The translations under genes and the position numbers were made by a program. Below the pieces are notes generated by a model. It was not told the origin of the DNA. It did not search any database and saw only the letters and a program-made list of their open reading frames with translations. Positions 39,647-54,199 of a DNA stretch of 64,000 bases are shown one piece after another (position 1 is the stretch's first letter; each line of letters starts with the position of its first letter). Origin of the DNA: Eledone cirrhosa. Taxonomy: Eukaryota. The DNA lies in assembly GCA_964016885.1 (NCBI GenBank), contig OZ024742.1, positions 40,486,001 through 40,550,000 on the forward strand, written 5' to 3'.

Positions 39647-39712
39647 TTGGGTGTATATATATATATACACATCTATATATTTATATAAACATATTTAAAT
39701 ATGTATATATGC

Positions 39713-39747
<35 letters not shown>

Positions 39748-41414
39748 TATTTTACATATATATATACATGAACATATAGATGCATGCACATTTGTATGTA
39801 TATATGCAAGTATGCAAATGTGTGTTGGTAATTATATGTATTAGTGTGCGTATATAGGTATTCATTTACATAGAGGGGGAGAGAGATAGGGTAGATAGTA
39901 TATATGTTTGTGTGTGTCAGTTTTCTGCAAAAGAAAAAAAAATCAATCACATCGCAATACCATTAACTGAAAATTCCTGGCGCTAGTATAGTTAATAAAG
40001 CCATTCCAGAGCTAAAATAATTGAAATGTCATTCCTCTCTACTGCTTGGACTTTCTAGATCCTTCCTGATAGTTAGAATAAAAACCAAAGATCAGACATA
40101 TAAAATATTAATCACCCCCAGCCATCCAGCACTCTAAATATTACTTGATGCTAAACTGAAGTCGACGATATATCTACATATATGAACGCCATTTTTTTTC
40201 ATTCTTTTAACCCCTTTGATACCAAACTGCCCAAAACTTCTGGTTCTACAAATACATAACTGTATATTTTAAAGTGTTTATTTTTTTTATCTAAAACAAC
40301 TCCAAGGTGGATGAGTGCATATATTTTTGGTTTGGATAAGATGTTGAGCAATGCATTTAATTCTTATAGCAGTTAAGTTGTGAAGGTTACCTGTAATAAA
40401 CTATTATCCTATCTATGAGAAGATTTATCTCCCATGTCCTTAACACTTTTTTTATACCAAACGACCTTAAAACAACTCTGATTCTATAATACATGACCGT
40501 TTATTTCAAAGTGTTTATATTTACACAAAAACCTCCCATCATGATTTTATATTGGAATTTTTCTTAAGTTATACTCCAAGCATGAACTTAGTAATGAGAA
40601 AGTTTGTTATATTACTAAATCCCTCCAAATTCTTGATCATTCTCAAAATAATTTGAAAACCATAGGCATTGTCTTTCATTAGAAGTATGGTAGCAAAAGG
40701 ATTACGTTCTAAAAATAATTAGGAGTGTGGCTTTTAGTCTTTCTATAATGGTGTAATTATTCTGTAACTATCCTAGAATATTTTCTATGTGATGTATCGT
40801 TATATTTTCTTTCCATATATTTATTTGCCATAGACAATTTTTAAATAGTTACAAAGAATATTGTGGCATGAATGACTTGATTAAATGATTTAAAATGTAC
40901 CTTGGGAAGCTAATGTGACTACTTACCATGTATCATCATCATCATCGTTTTTACATCAACCTTTCCATGCTGGCATGGATCAGACAGCATGTTTTGAGAT
41001 GATGTTCTATAGCTGGATGTCCTTTCTGATTTTAACCCTTCTAGTTGTCTCTTACTACATGTTGAGATACAGCCTAGCTATTCTAAGAATCCAGGACTCA
41101 CATGACACACTGTAAAGTAATTGGTGATAGAAAAAGGACATTCAGCTGTAGAAAATTATTCAAACTAAGAGTAAAAATCACTCTTCATTTGTGTCAAAGA
41201 ATTGATAATCTCCATAATACTGGAACCATGATAAAATGCATGGCGAACTCTGTAAGTGTGGGAACATTTGTAAGTACTGACTTTGTCTATGGTGACCCAT
41301 TCAACTCTTGTTAGAAGGGAAAACGAATGCTAAAAAATGATGTACACACATACAAAAGTGAGAGTTATGCATGTTTATTATTACATTAATATATTGTATA
41401 TGCTTTCATATATG

Positions 41415-41486
<72 letters not shown>

Positions 41487-42585
41487 CATACACACACACA
41501 CATATATATATATATACATACACACACATATATATATATAACCATGCATATATATTTTGAAGTTGTTCTTGTTTTTGTTAAGCGATTTGATCTCTGACCA
41601 TGAAGCAATTAGATCGCAGAAGAATCATTTTAGCCATTTAGTAACTTACAAAAACTGCCATATTCCCTTTCATTTTTCTTAATAGCATCATAAATTCTTA
41701 TTTGTACCTACAAAATGTGACCTGGTCATAGAACCAATTCCACTACAGATGCAGGAATTGCTGTATTTATATGTAAATGTGTGCATAATATTGCATGCAG
41801 AAATACACATACATACATCTGCTTATATATATATCCATACATCTACATATATATTAACATATACCTATATGTTCATATAAAGACGGTCCCCAAATCTGCT
41901 ATTAGATATACCACCAAATTAGCAGGCAGTTTCAAAATTGAATTGATCCACTATTTTCTATTTTATGTTTGGGTTCAATGTAATCCTGTTACATAATTCT
42001 GCAAATAACACCTGATGAGATTGCTTAGTCTTGCATCATAACTGGATGATAGAGCTAGGCTATCAAAATTTGTATAGTGCTTTCGCGTGATTAAAATTCT
42101 AAAGTAAATTTTCCAGTCCTGCCTTCTGTTGTTGTTTTAATGTAAACATTTGTCTGTGTGTGTAACTTTAATTCAACTGAAAAACCAAAGATGATACTTC
42201 AAATTATTTTATTAACTTCTATGTTCCTTTCAATTTTAATGTGATTATGTAACATGAAAATATCCTCAGGAAATCATTATAAGACCTGGAGAATACATGT
42301 CCCCCACAAAATTGTTAGAATGTCAGATAGATTGCTTTATGGTATTCATTCTGGCTCTCTGAGTTCAAATCCCACCAAGATCAACTTTGCCTTCTGAGGT
42401 TGATAAAAAAAAGTACCAGTCTAGTACTGGGGTCGATTATTCCTCTATATCTCTTTTAATTTATTTATTTATAAACAACCTTGTAGAGAAATACAGTAAG
42501 GAGAATCTACTATGCTGGTTGGGACAATGATATTAATGATGATGTTGATAATGATGACAATGATAAAGTGGATGTGATAAGGCTG

Positions 42586-43290
42586 ATGGTGATGATAATG
42601 GTGATGATGGTGATAATGGCGTTAATGGTGATAATGGTGATAATGGCGATAATGGTGATAATGGTGATAATGGTGATAATGGTGATAAAGATGATAATGG
42701 TGATAATGGTGATAATGGTGATAATGGCGATAATGGTGATAATGGTGGTGATAATGGTGATAATAATGGTGGTAATGGTGATAATGGTGATAATGGTGAT
42801 AATTGTGATAATGGTGGTAATGGTGATAATGGTGATAATGGTGATAAGGATGTTAATGGTGATAATGGTGATAATGGTGATAATGGTGGTATTGGTGATA
42901 ATGGTGATAAAGATGATAATGGTGATAATGGTGATAATGGTGGTGATAATGGTGATAATAATGGTGGTAATGGTGATAATGGTGATAATGGTGATAATTG
43001 TGATAATGGTGGTAATGGTGATAATGGTGATAATGGTGATAAGGATGTTAATGGTGATAATGGTGATAATGGTGATAATGGTGGTATTGGTGATAATGGT
43101 GATAAAGATGATAATGGTGATAATGGTGATAATGGCGATAATGGTGATAATGGTGGTGATAATGGTGATAATAATGGTGATAATGGTGGTAATAGTGGTA
43201 ATAGTGATAATGGTGATAATGGTGGTAATAGTGGTAATGGTGATAATAGTGATAATGGTGATAATGATGATAATGAATATGATGATTGCA
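42586..43290. repeat. (GGTGATAAT)n 9-bp minisatellite with a 195-bp higher-order duplication, followed by a (GAT/GAC)n tract to ~43600
   Basis: The variant markers aattgtgata, gataaggatgtt and gtattgg each recur 195 bp apart. Confidence 0.9.
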
Positions 43291-43966
43291 TGGTGCTGAA
43301 GATGATAATGATGATGAAAATGCTGATAGTAATGATGACAATGATGATGATGATGACAGCAGTGACAATGATGACAACAAAGGTGACAACAATGATGATG
43401 ATTATGCTGCTGATGATGATGACAACAAAGATGACAAAAATGATGACAACAAAGATGTCAAAAACGACAAAAAGGATGACAATGATGATGATGATGATGA
43501 TGACAAAAATGATGATGATGATGACAATGATGATGATGATAATGACAATGATGACACTGATGATGATGACAACAAAGATGACAAAAATGATGATGATGAT
43601 GTCATCAGGGATAACAATGGTGATGTATTTATATACACACCCTCAAACACAAGTTGTCCACCATCACCTTACAGGCAGGAGGTTCTTTACATCTTTCTAA
43701 TGCTTTATTATTTTCTTTAAGTGTTCACACACAATGCACATCTACTGCACATGTTTCACATCTGCACATTTCTTGGTGCTTTACATAGGTAAGTGAACGT
43801 GTAACTGCATGAGTATGTCTGTATGTGTTTATGTTTGAGTGTGTGTGTGTGTGAAAGAGTTAGCGTGGGTGTATGAATGCATTGACAGATTGAGTCACAT
43901 TTGCATACACACCCTCACATACATAGATGTGTGTGTGTGTATGCGTGTGTATGTGTGTGTGTATGC

Positions 43967-43999
<33 letters not shown>

Positions 44000-44175
44000 T
44001 CTTATATTCACTAAGTCTGTATATATGCAAGAATGCATGTGTATGTATGTCTATACATATGCATAGATACATTCATTCACTAAGTATGTATTTCTGATTT
44101 AAAATACTATGCTCACATAGTTGCCAAGACATTTTAACATTTTGCACATAATCTACATAAGTAAGAGAGATAGAG

Positions 44176-44275
<100 letters not shown>

Positions 44276-44519
44276 GCAAAATCTAAAGTTTCTTAACAGA
44301 ACTATAATTTCCAATGAATCTTCTTTAACAAAGCTTCATCATCATCATCATCATCATCATCATTTTACGTCCGCTTTTCCCTGCTTGCATCTATTTTATG
44401 AAGTAACAATTGTATTAAGACACAACAAACCATTCCAAATATATAGAGAAAGAACAGTAAAACACACTGGACACCCCTACCCCCACACACACATGTGTGT
44501 GTGTGTGTGAGAATCCAAC

Positions 44520-46190
44520 GTGTCTTGTTCTAGGAACAATAGACTATCTCTGTGTAATAACAGATTTAATGAGCTCAGTGCTAATTTAGATACAGCAGCT
44601 AAAAGCTACCAGCACTTGAAAGAATAAGACTGCCAAAAATCTGGTACTAACTAGAAAAAGGAGAAACAGGAAACAACTATCCAAAGATCCCCAAGAAGAA
44701 CTTTCTAGGTGGGAAATACAAGATCTCTTCACTGAATACTAGAAACAACCAAATAAGAAAAATCTCAGTAAATTGAAAAGAAAGAAAGAAAATCTGAAAG
44801 TAGCTTATAACATGATTGCAGAAGAACTAAACATCATGATTCCAAGAATCGAAGAGGCAAACATAAACACAAAGTGCTGGAAGCTCGTTAATAAAATTAG
44901 TGACAAGAAAGCTCTTAAGAAAGGTGTGCTGAAAAGGAATAACAAGGAAGATATATTGAAAAAGTGGTGGTACATTTCAGTGAACCATTTGGAAAGGAAC
45001 CTACTATCACAGAGAATAAGTACAATACCTTCCATAATGGATAAGTATCAGACAGTCAAGAAAGCATTAGTTGGCAGAAAAGCTCCAGGGACTAGGGGCA
45101 TATCACTCAGAGTTTTCAAGCTCTGTAGATTAGAAAATATCATTCTTCACTTCTCTAACAAAGTTTTTATAGGTCACAAACCACAACAATGGCCACAAAT
45201 TGATATAATATCTCTGCCTAAGTCTGGTGACCTGGGTTATACAATAAAATACCTAGGGATAGGTTTAACATAAAAAATCACACACAAAATGATATTAAAT
45301 AGAATTCAGTGATATTTCAACCCTCATCTAAAATCAAATGAAAATGGCCTCAGGCCCAAATGATCAACATTTCACATACTTATTCCCATGAAAATCAAAA
45401 AAAAAAAAGAAAAAAGAAACATAAAAGCAATATTACGTTGTAACAATTTAGAGAAAGCCATAAATGGTTTTCATAGTAAGTTGTATATATTATCTGGGCT
45501 TATAAAATACAAAGAACTAGAGTGTCGTCCCCAGATGGTGAAAAAGGCCTTTTCATTATACTTGTAGGCATGCTGCAGGGTAATACTTTGGCATCTTATC
45601 TCTTGTCTGAAAACTTGACTTCAGACACACGATGAAGAGAAGCAGACATATATCAGCAATAGTAATGTCCGAGCTTATCACAATGCCTTACTGTCATAAG
45701 AAATATACCAAGCACAAGAACTACTGGAAAGAGTAGAGAAGGAAGCTGAGAATGTTGGACCCATTCATCAATACTAATTAAACAGAGATCAGACTCTTTT
45801 TAGCAATGGTTGAATCTGTTTTGTTATATGGCTGCAAGACATGGTCACTCACTCAGAAGCTTAAAAGTCAGTCAGACTGATCGAACGCCCACATGTTACA
45901 TCCGGGTCTCAATACCACTTAGAAGACCACATTGTCAATACAGAACTTCATGATGGTTTGCAAAATTTTACTCAAAAGACAGCTCAGAGAAGATAGCGTT
46001 TGGCAGGTCACTGTGTGAGACATCCTGAAGAGATAACCCCAAATTAAATGCAATGGCAGCCAACACATTGATGGGCAGACAGTGGGAGACATAAATAAGT
46101 AGTCTCAAATCTCGTACTCTAACAGCCAACACATGAATAGATTATCTGTGGGAGACAAACTAGCACATTTATAGACATATGACTTGAAGA
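44520..46190 (+). pseudogene. Highly degenerate non-LTR retrotransposon (RTE/RTEX-like) RT remnant
   Basis: Segments KAPGTRGI, KPQQW..IISLPKSGDL, GMLQGNTLASYL, MVESVLLYGCKTWSL and RLAGHCVRHPE. Confidence 0.7.
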
Positions 46191-46271
46191 CTGTATAGGT
46201 CATACACATAGTGATGGTAGATTGAGACATCTGGTATGAATGTTTTATTGATTCGATTGGAACACAGGCTT

Positions 46272-46810
46272 TATATTAAGTTGATGCAAACATAAAACTG
46301 ATTTTTATTTAAAACTTTGATGCTTATTTTAGAATAAAGTTTTAACTATATTCATGCAATATATCATTTTGAAGCGCATATTTTGGATTTATGCTAATGG
46401 CTTTTGCTGCCACTTTCTAGCTTTATTCATTTTAGGCTGTCAAATTAAAGATAGTAAAAAAATCAAATGCAACTAATTTTTGTATTTTTTATTGTACAAC
46501 TTCCAAATGGAACATGAAGCAATGGAAACTGTTCACAATGTCAGTTAAGCTTTTGGTTAAGAGACATACACTTCGATATTGTCTAAAAAATTTTTATTGG
46601 AAATGAGAGCCTCGAAGATGAGAAAGGTCACGAACAACCTTCTGCGATTGAAAACGGCCAATTAAGGGCTAATATTTAAATGAACACACACAAAACAACT
46701 CAAGATGATATAGAAGAATTAGGCATTGATCATTTGACAGTGGAAGGGGAAAAACAGTGGAAGGGGAAAAAATATCTTGTCAAATAGATGTTGCTCGTGT
46801 TGAACAGATA
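46272..46810 (+). mobile_element. mariner (Hsmar1/cecropia-like) 5' remnant: TIR plus HTH region pseudogene
   Basis: TIR-like TATTAAGTTGATGCAAACATAAAACTGATTTTT. The translation GNESLEDEKGHEQPSAIENGQLRA..TT..EELGIDHLTV matches the mariner N-terminus. Confidence 0.75.
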
Positions 46811-48030
46811 ACAAATTGCTTCTTTGTGGTTGAAAATAAATTTAAAAAAAACTGACAAAGAAAGATTTTCATAGGTGAACAACTTTGATACCAATATGGC
46901 CAAATCTGGATCCAATTCTGTGAAACAAAATCATTCTAATGGGTTCGAAATTTAAATTGAAATTATCTAAGAACTATATATTAAGTCATTATGATAGTAA
47001 TTAGATAAGTAGTAAATCTCTCAAAATTCTTCATTAGTTAATTGAAATAGAGTGTATTTCATTAGAAATAGAATCATGAAATCTTGTTGATAGAAAAACT
47101 AAATGTGTTATGATGAACTTAGAATGGATATAAAACAACAATTGGGAATTTTAACACAAATAAATATATTCAACCCTTTGGTAACTAATCTAATTCGTTC
47201 TTTATTCATTCATTATTGCATCAAATAAAGTATATACATTTAGAGTTAATTCATTTCAAACTCTTAATCAACATCGTATATCTACTCCCAAAGCATCTTT
47301 TTAAAAATGAATAAAACACAAATTATCGATAAAAATAAATGCATATAATACAAACAATGTAATAACTGTATAATAGGTTAATAAATTGTAAGAATACATA
47401 AGCAAATAAAAATGCTTTCAGTCTGACTTGATACAAATTGTTAACAGAAGAGTGTAGACAAAGAGAAATAATTCAACCTAACAATTTAAGGTGTTAACAC
47501 TTATTATTAATGACTTTTACTATCTTTGTTTTTTTAGTTTAATATTTTGTATGAAAATCGTAGTTAACATGATTTCTTTCATTTCCAAAAGGTCGACTAT
47601 TATTGTCAAGCCTAAATTTGTCAAGTTCATTTAGGAGTTGCAGAGAGAAAACAAGCTGGAATAAAATCTGCAAAAAACAGCCACATTGACGGTATCCATT
47701 GTTATTCAGATGTTTGAAATCAAATAGAAATTGTCATATGAGATAAGAATTCTGTGTCAACTTTGCCTTTCATTTTTTCAAGGTTGATAAAGCACCAGTC
47801 CAGTAATGGGGTCGATTTTCTCTTTCTCTCTCTCACACATACACACACACACACACACAGAGACACACACAAACCTGCTGTCTTCCGTCCTAGAGAGGGG
47901 TGGGCTTCACCAGGTTTAAAATGTCTAAGATATGCTGTGTGTCAGGACGGCACATGAGATAAAAGTCTTTTGCTATCTTTTTTCTCTACCAAACCTTATA
48001 AACACTAAAAATAAATAGTGAACTCAGATT

Positions 48031-48508
48031 ACACTGCATGACAAAATGAAAAAGGTTTCTTTAGCAAGAAATAGTTATGGTGATTTTAGATAATTCTAGG
48101 GTGCTCTTCCTGAATATGAAGTCAGTTTTGCTCCATCACATCTAAATTTTTATCTATATACCAAATTTACAACAATGTAATGTAGCATGCAGCATGTCAA
48201 GTGTTCCTATTTGTCTTTTAAGATAAATATTTTGCTCCACATATTGTATGCAAAGGTTTCAGTGATCAGCATTCCTTGTGGTTCAGTGGCAAGCTAAAGC
48301 AAAAGGCCATTTGCCACTCCAATGGTATAGCGAGAACAAATGCTACTTTTGCATTAATAAATGTAGACACTTTTTCTGTAAATGTGAGATAAACCAAAAT
48401 GTAGATGATGAAGCAAAACAAATTTTATATTCATAAAGAGCACCCTAAAATTATCTAATATCACTTAAAGTAGTGTTTGCTAAAAAAAAATAGTGTTATG
48501 CTGTGTGA
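48031..48508. mobile_element. Non-autonomous DNA transposon with ~110-bp imperfect TIRs
   Basis: TTAGCAA..GTGATTTTAGATAATTCTAGGGTGCTCTT..GAATAT..TTTTGCT on the left is inverted relative to AGCAAAA..ATATTCAT.AAGAGCACCCTAAAATTATCTAATATCAC..TTGCTAA on the right. Confidence 0.65.
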
Positions 48509-49221
48509 TTAATGGAAGAATACCATAGTTTCAACAAAATATATTAACTCCTCTACATGCTTTGACGAATTTCTTTCTCCCATTACTAAATTGAAATGTA
48601 CACATGCATCTACAAACATACACATGTATGTACGTATGAATGTATGCTTGTGTGTATGTATATGTGTGTACGTGTACATCTATGTGTGTGCATGCATATG
48701 TGGGATAGTGTGTGTATGTATGCACACATACATAATTGTTTCTACTTTTGGCACAAGGCCAGCAATTACTCAGTGCATTATTGGTATTCATTTTATCGAC
48801 CCCGTAAGGATGAAAGGCAAAGTTAACCTCAGCGGGATTACATAATGGCAGCTAACTTGTGCTAGAGTATAGCCATTATAGCCATTGCTTGAATTTTCAA
48901 TAATGCTTCTGCAAGTGTGTAGCATAGATGGGACTTATTTACTGTAGTATAAGTTTGGTAAATATATCCAAGGTAACAGCACTTAGTCCATAGGATGAGT
49001 TAAGTATAATTACAACAGTGATATATATAGGTACTTAAGTTTCCAACTCATTCAGTCTGTTATATATACTCTTTATGACGTCTTTAGCAATTGACGTCAT
49101 TCTCATGAATAGTAAAATAACCGTAAAAAAAAACCGCTTATAAACGATTTAGAAAAATTTAAATCAAAATTTAATCCCAAAAGAGAGGAAATTGGAACAT
49201 TATCCTCTGAAAGCTCCTTAA

Positions 49222-49260
49222 ATCCTGAAGAAGGGAATTTTAGGTTCTGAAATATTGGAT
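49222..49260 (+). ncRNA. Minimal hammerhead-like motif (Penelope-type)
   Basis: AUC-CUGAAGA-AGGG..UUCU-GAAA-UA-UU^GGAU, with palindromic AAUAUU at stem III. Stems are weak. Confidence 0.4.
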
Positions 49261-49329
49261 AGAAAAAAAGAACAGGAACAACAAAAAACAAAACAAAGAT
49301 TACCATTTAACTTACTTTTCGTTACCACA

Positions 49330-49618
49330 TCTTACCATCCATTTTTTCACACTCAGAGTTGCTGAAGCATGGAACAAACCGCCTGCATCAGTTGTTAGCT
49401 GTCGAGACACTGCATCCTTTAAAACCTCCATGCTTCCTGAGATTCGCCAATACTACACCTAATATTCCCCCTCCATACACATGCACACATGTATATCATG
49501 ACTCATACACTATTCACTTCCCTGACATTTGTATATTATTCTATGTACTATACATGCACCTTTGATGAGTTGTAGTGCACTTGAGCACTGTACACAATAA
49601 TTTCATTATTATTATTAT
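49330..49618 (+). mobile_element. CR1/L2-like LINE 3' end with (ATT)n tail
   Basis: The translation FFTLRVAEAWNKPPASVVS...SFKT matches the CR1-group C-terminal motif FF..RV...WN.LP. Confidence 0.7.
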
Positions 49619-50090
49619 ATTTCGCATTGTTTAGCCTTCTATTTCTATTCACATTATATATTATATATACATATATATGCATAAAAAATAAAAGTCTTTC
49701 CCATGCCATGAGGCTCATCACTCAGTGCATATACCTCATTTCATATTTCATCTGCATTAAGTGACTATAATATAAGATGCTCTCCTAGACAGTACATCAA
49801 ACCATCGCGGTGTTAACATCTAGCTACTGCCAGTTCTGATTTTCAGCTGAATGTACAAGAGTAACTCAAGAACACAATGTGCCACATGGTCCAGGAGTCA
49901 TACACTTTAACCACTAAGCCATGCATCTTTACTGAATCGATATAAATGGTACAACAAATAGAATTATGTACAGACAAAAAAACGACTCATATTGAAAACA
50001 TGAAACACAAGACTGTCCTTGGTACAACAACAATGAACCTAATGTTAAGTTCTATGAACCCCAAATAAAATGTATCCAAGCATTGTGTAT

Positions 50091-50286
<196 letters not shown>

Positions 50287-51791
50287 GGTGCAAGCATTTA
50301 TCAAGTGTTACTAAGTAAATACCTATAGTCATAAGGAAATGACTGTCCTGGGACCAAATAGTGAAAATGATAATGTTTGTGTTGATTTTGATTACAATGT
50401 GAGTTAAAACAATGACCATAACAACGGAGGGGGTGTTGTTAGTGTTGATGGTGTGGGTAGTGGTGATGGTGTGGGTAGTGGTGATGGTGTTTGTGGTGAT
50501 AGTGATAATGTTTGTGGTGATGGCAATCATAATGATCATAACAAGTATATTTATGTTGAGGAGGAGGGGAGAGAGGCTAAAAGTTATGTCTGTGATGGTG
50601 GTCTGAGTTGATGCTGGTGATGATGATTCTGATGACTATATCGATAATAATGGTGATGATGATTCTGATGACTATATCGATAATAATGGTGGTGGCGGTG
50701 GTGGTGGTGGTGGTGATGACTTTGATGATGATGAACATGGCTCTACAATGGCTATGTAGATTCAAATACAGCCAAAAAAAAAATATGTGGTGATTTTCAG
50801 TTGAATGCACTATATAATATAAAGCGTTGAAGTGTGAGAGTTGTAATGTATCATTTTTGGCTGTTTTACATCCAGATTTTCCAGGATAGCAAGAAGATAG
50901 AGAGGAGAGAAGATCTTACTTTTATTTCATTTTAAGTTTCTCCCAACTTTCTTTTATTACTTCTTTTTTTTTTTTGCTGAATCAAATGTCTCTTACATCT
51001 GAATCCCATGCTTATCAACGGGAGAGAGTGGTGCAAGGCTGATCATGAAATTGAACCAAGGAAATTATGTTTCCATTGCATCTTTAAAAAAAAAAAAGGT
51101 TTCGTAACATAATGCAGTCTGAGATATGAAATGTCTGAAAAATTAAAGGAGGGTGGATTTTTTTTAATTTATTTTTTTTGTTTTTTCTGTTGTAGAATTT
51201 AATGTTTTTAACATCTAAATTCTTTTCTTACTAATGGAGGTCACAGTTGCCCACCTTGCTAGAAATAGCAGCAACTCTGCATAAAGCTATATAGTAACAT
51301 ATTTTAAAAAAGGAAGGTTATGTAGGAGAGTATAGTCCTAGAAACTAAATGTCTAATAAGATGGGATGGCCATGGCTGGTATACTTTTATCATAGTTCTA
51401 CCTAATAAAAACTGACATGGGATTAAACAACAACAAATGCATAGAATTCTTATAAACCCATTATATGCATGAACCCATAACACCCGATGGGGTCATAGAG
51501 ATGCCTTAGCAATATACAGCATTTTGGGGGCATTTTAAACCTGGCAGAGCCCATCCCTCTCCAGGTGTGGGCAGAGCTGAAGAAGGAGAAGGAGTGGTAG
51601 AAAGAAGGAGAGAGAGAAAGAATGTGAGAAGGATATAGAGGAAGAATCAACCCCAGCACTGGACTAGTAACTTTTTTTTATCAACTTCAAAAGGATGGAA
51701 GGTAAAGATGACCATGGCAGGATCTGAACTCAAAGCAGATTTGGAACAAAACTGCAGAACATTCTCTCTGACATTCTAACAATTCACTGCC

Positions 51792-51991
51792 TTAACCCTT
51801 TAGAATTTACACTACTCTATATATACTATTGTATTTTCACTTTATCTCACATAATATAAAATATACGAGATTTTAATATTATTTAATTTGAGAACAATAC
51901 CTTAACATAAGAATAAGCAGTCAGTTATGGCAGGTTTGAACAGAAAGAGGTGAGAGAATTCTGACCAGATGCAGCTGGTTTAAATGCTAAA
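51792..51991. mobile_element. piggyBac-like MITE, one end truncated
   Basis: Starts TTAACCCTTTAG; the body is the reverse complement of 7484-7712. Confidence 0.7.
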
Positions 51992-53151
51992 CCTGATATT
52001 ATTAAAACCTAAAACTGGGTAGACCAATTTGCATATATATCACATTCTTGATAGCTAGTTCAACTAATAAATTACTAATGCATTAACATTGCTTATATCC
52101 CATAAGTTATTATAAGTATTTTAATCCATTTACTACCATCATTGTTTGACTGCATTAAAAACTGGCCACAAACCTCATTCACCCATTGTAGCCTCCATAA
52201 TAAATTGTGGTCCTGTAGTTGGATAATTAGCCCTGTATCATCATCGTTCAAATGCAATAGATGATGACCTCAAGCCTCTTTCATCTTTTGTAGTTTTCAC
52301 AGTAAGTGTAGTTGGATAATTAGCCCTGTATCCTCCTCCTCATCATCATCATCATTCAACTGCAATAGAAGATGGCCTCAAACCAATTTCAGGCATTGTA
52401 GTTTTCATGATAAGTTGTAGTCCCATGGCTGGTTAAATAGACCTAAGCATTGATAGGATTTGAATCCTGAGGTAAATTTGAACCCAGAACACAAAATGTA
52501 GGAATAGTCACTGCAAGGTATTTTCTCCAATACTTTAAAAATTCTGCCAATCCACCTTCACAAACTGGTGCTTTATTTAATCAACCTCAAAAGAATAAAA
52601 GGCAAAAGTGACCTTAGAAGGTATTGCATTCACAGTGTAGTGAATGGGAATAAATATGAGACCTTCCATTCAATGCTCTGGTGATTCTGCTAATCTATTC
52701 AACAAAATCTTAATTCCTAATTATGAATTGTAAATTTGTAACAAATCTAATTTTAATTACAAATTGTAAATTTGTTCCTACTTAGATATCAATTATAAAT
52801 TGTAAATTTGCCCTGTTGTTGTCAGCCTTGACACAGCAGACCTATAATTTATCATGATCTTCTCATTTTTCTTCTTCAGATACTGGTCTACATTGTGTAA
52901 TGTGCCCTTCCTTTTCTAAGACAGTAAGGTGTCATTTCAGGGGGATTTGAATGCTATTTCTAGCAGATGTTATGACCATGAAGAGGTTTCTTCATTGGCT
53001 CCTGATGTTTGCAATGGGGAACAGCACATCATTCTAGCTAACCTCTAGCAGTAACACATCCACAATTTTGTCCACTGGGACCATGAGACAACATCCATCT
53101 ATGGTTTTGTAAAGACCATGAGAATGTAGTCTAATGTACACTGTTCCACTG

Positions 53152-53260
53152 TGAAGGCATGTGGCCTAGTGGTTAGGGGGTTTGACTCATGATCATAAGG
53201 CCATGGGTTCAATTCTTGAATCAAGTAGTGTGTTGTGTTCTTGATCAAGATGCTTCTTTT
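53152..53260 (+). mobile_element. tRNA-derived SINE head (Pol III A and B boxes)
   Basis: TGGCCTAGTGGTTAGG ... GGGTTCAATTC, followed by a SINE-like core rather than an acceptor stem. Confidence 0.55.
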
Positions 53261-54199
53261 CATGTTTTTCTAGGTATGATTAGGAACCTTATCATTAAAA
53301 CACCTGAGGAACTTCCTATGAGAAGCAACTTCATAGGAGACCAGCTAAACCAAAATAGGTGTGAACTGTAAATTTCCTTTTCATATTGGCTGAGCAACTA
53401 AATGATATTTATGTAGCTTACTTTAACTGAATTTGGCCAAGATAATTATTCTGCAGTTAGGTAAACTAAGAGAGATGGATAGATAGACAGATACAGAGAG
53501 AGTGATGAGGAAACAAGTGAGAGCAAGAGAGAGAATGTGAGAGAGAGAGTCACATAAACCACTCATTGATTTAGTTAGTCACGACTCAACACTTCACCAA
53601 TTAAACTATATAAATATCACTTTGGAAGTATGGCTATACCATACATAAATTGCGACATTGCCTTAAAGCACAACTTTATAATTATGGCCAGTACAATCTA
53701 TCAATATATTTAACACTTTCATTACCATATTTGTAATACTACCTAGGATTTTCAAAGAACTTCTTAAATAATAAAGAATTTAAAGCGATTTAGTAATATA
53801 ACTAATTTATTAGTAAACTGATAAACTGGTATTTAGAGCATAACTTAACAAAGGTTCTTACATGAAAAGATTTAAAATAAATATGAATAAAACTATAAAA
53901 CAAACAGCTTTGTATCACAGAACCAGGGCAGTTTCGGGCAGTTTGGTGTAAAAAGGGTTAAAGTCACATTTAACCTATTGAATCTACCCTCTTCCAGTCA
54001 CCACAGCACCCTTACCTACCTAACCCAAGCTACCACAACACCCTTACCTACCTAACCCAAGCTACCACAATACATTTACCTATCCACCTCCAGTGACCTC
54101 AATCCATTTACCTACACACCCCAGTCATCTCAAGACATTTATCTACACAACTTCAGTCATCAACATATTTTCCTACACAACACCAATTACTCCAGCCCC

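Noticed and set aside
42012-42040. CTGATGA followed by a short hairpin
   Set aside because: No GAAA or stem III follows.
47540-47667. Possible terminal exon on the minus strand (ILFQLVFSLQLLNELDKF...)
   Set aside because: Only an acceptor-like site and a 42-codon frame; the peptide is unrecognised and compatible with chance.
50997-51081. Minus-strand segment with a strong acceptor and a GTAAGA donor
   Set aside because: All three frames contain stops, so it is not a coding internal exon; no other support.
53152-53230. tRNA gene
   Set aside because: A and B boxes are present but there is no paired acceptor stem and it continues into SINE-like sequence; it is a SINE head.
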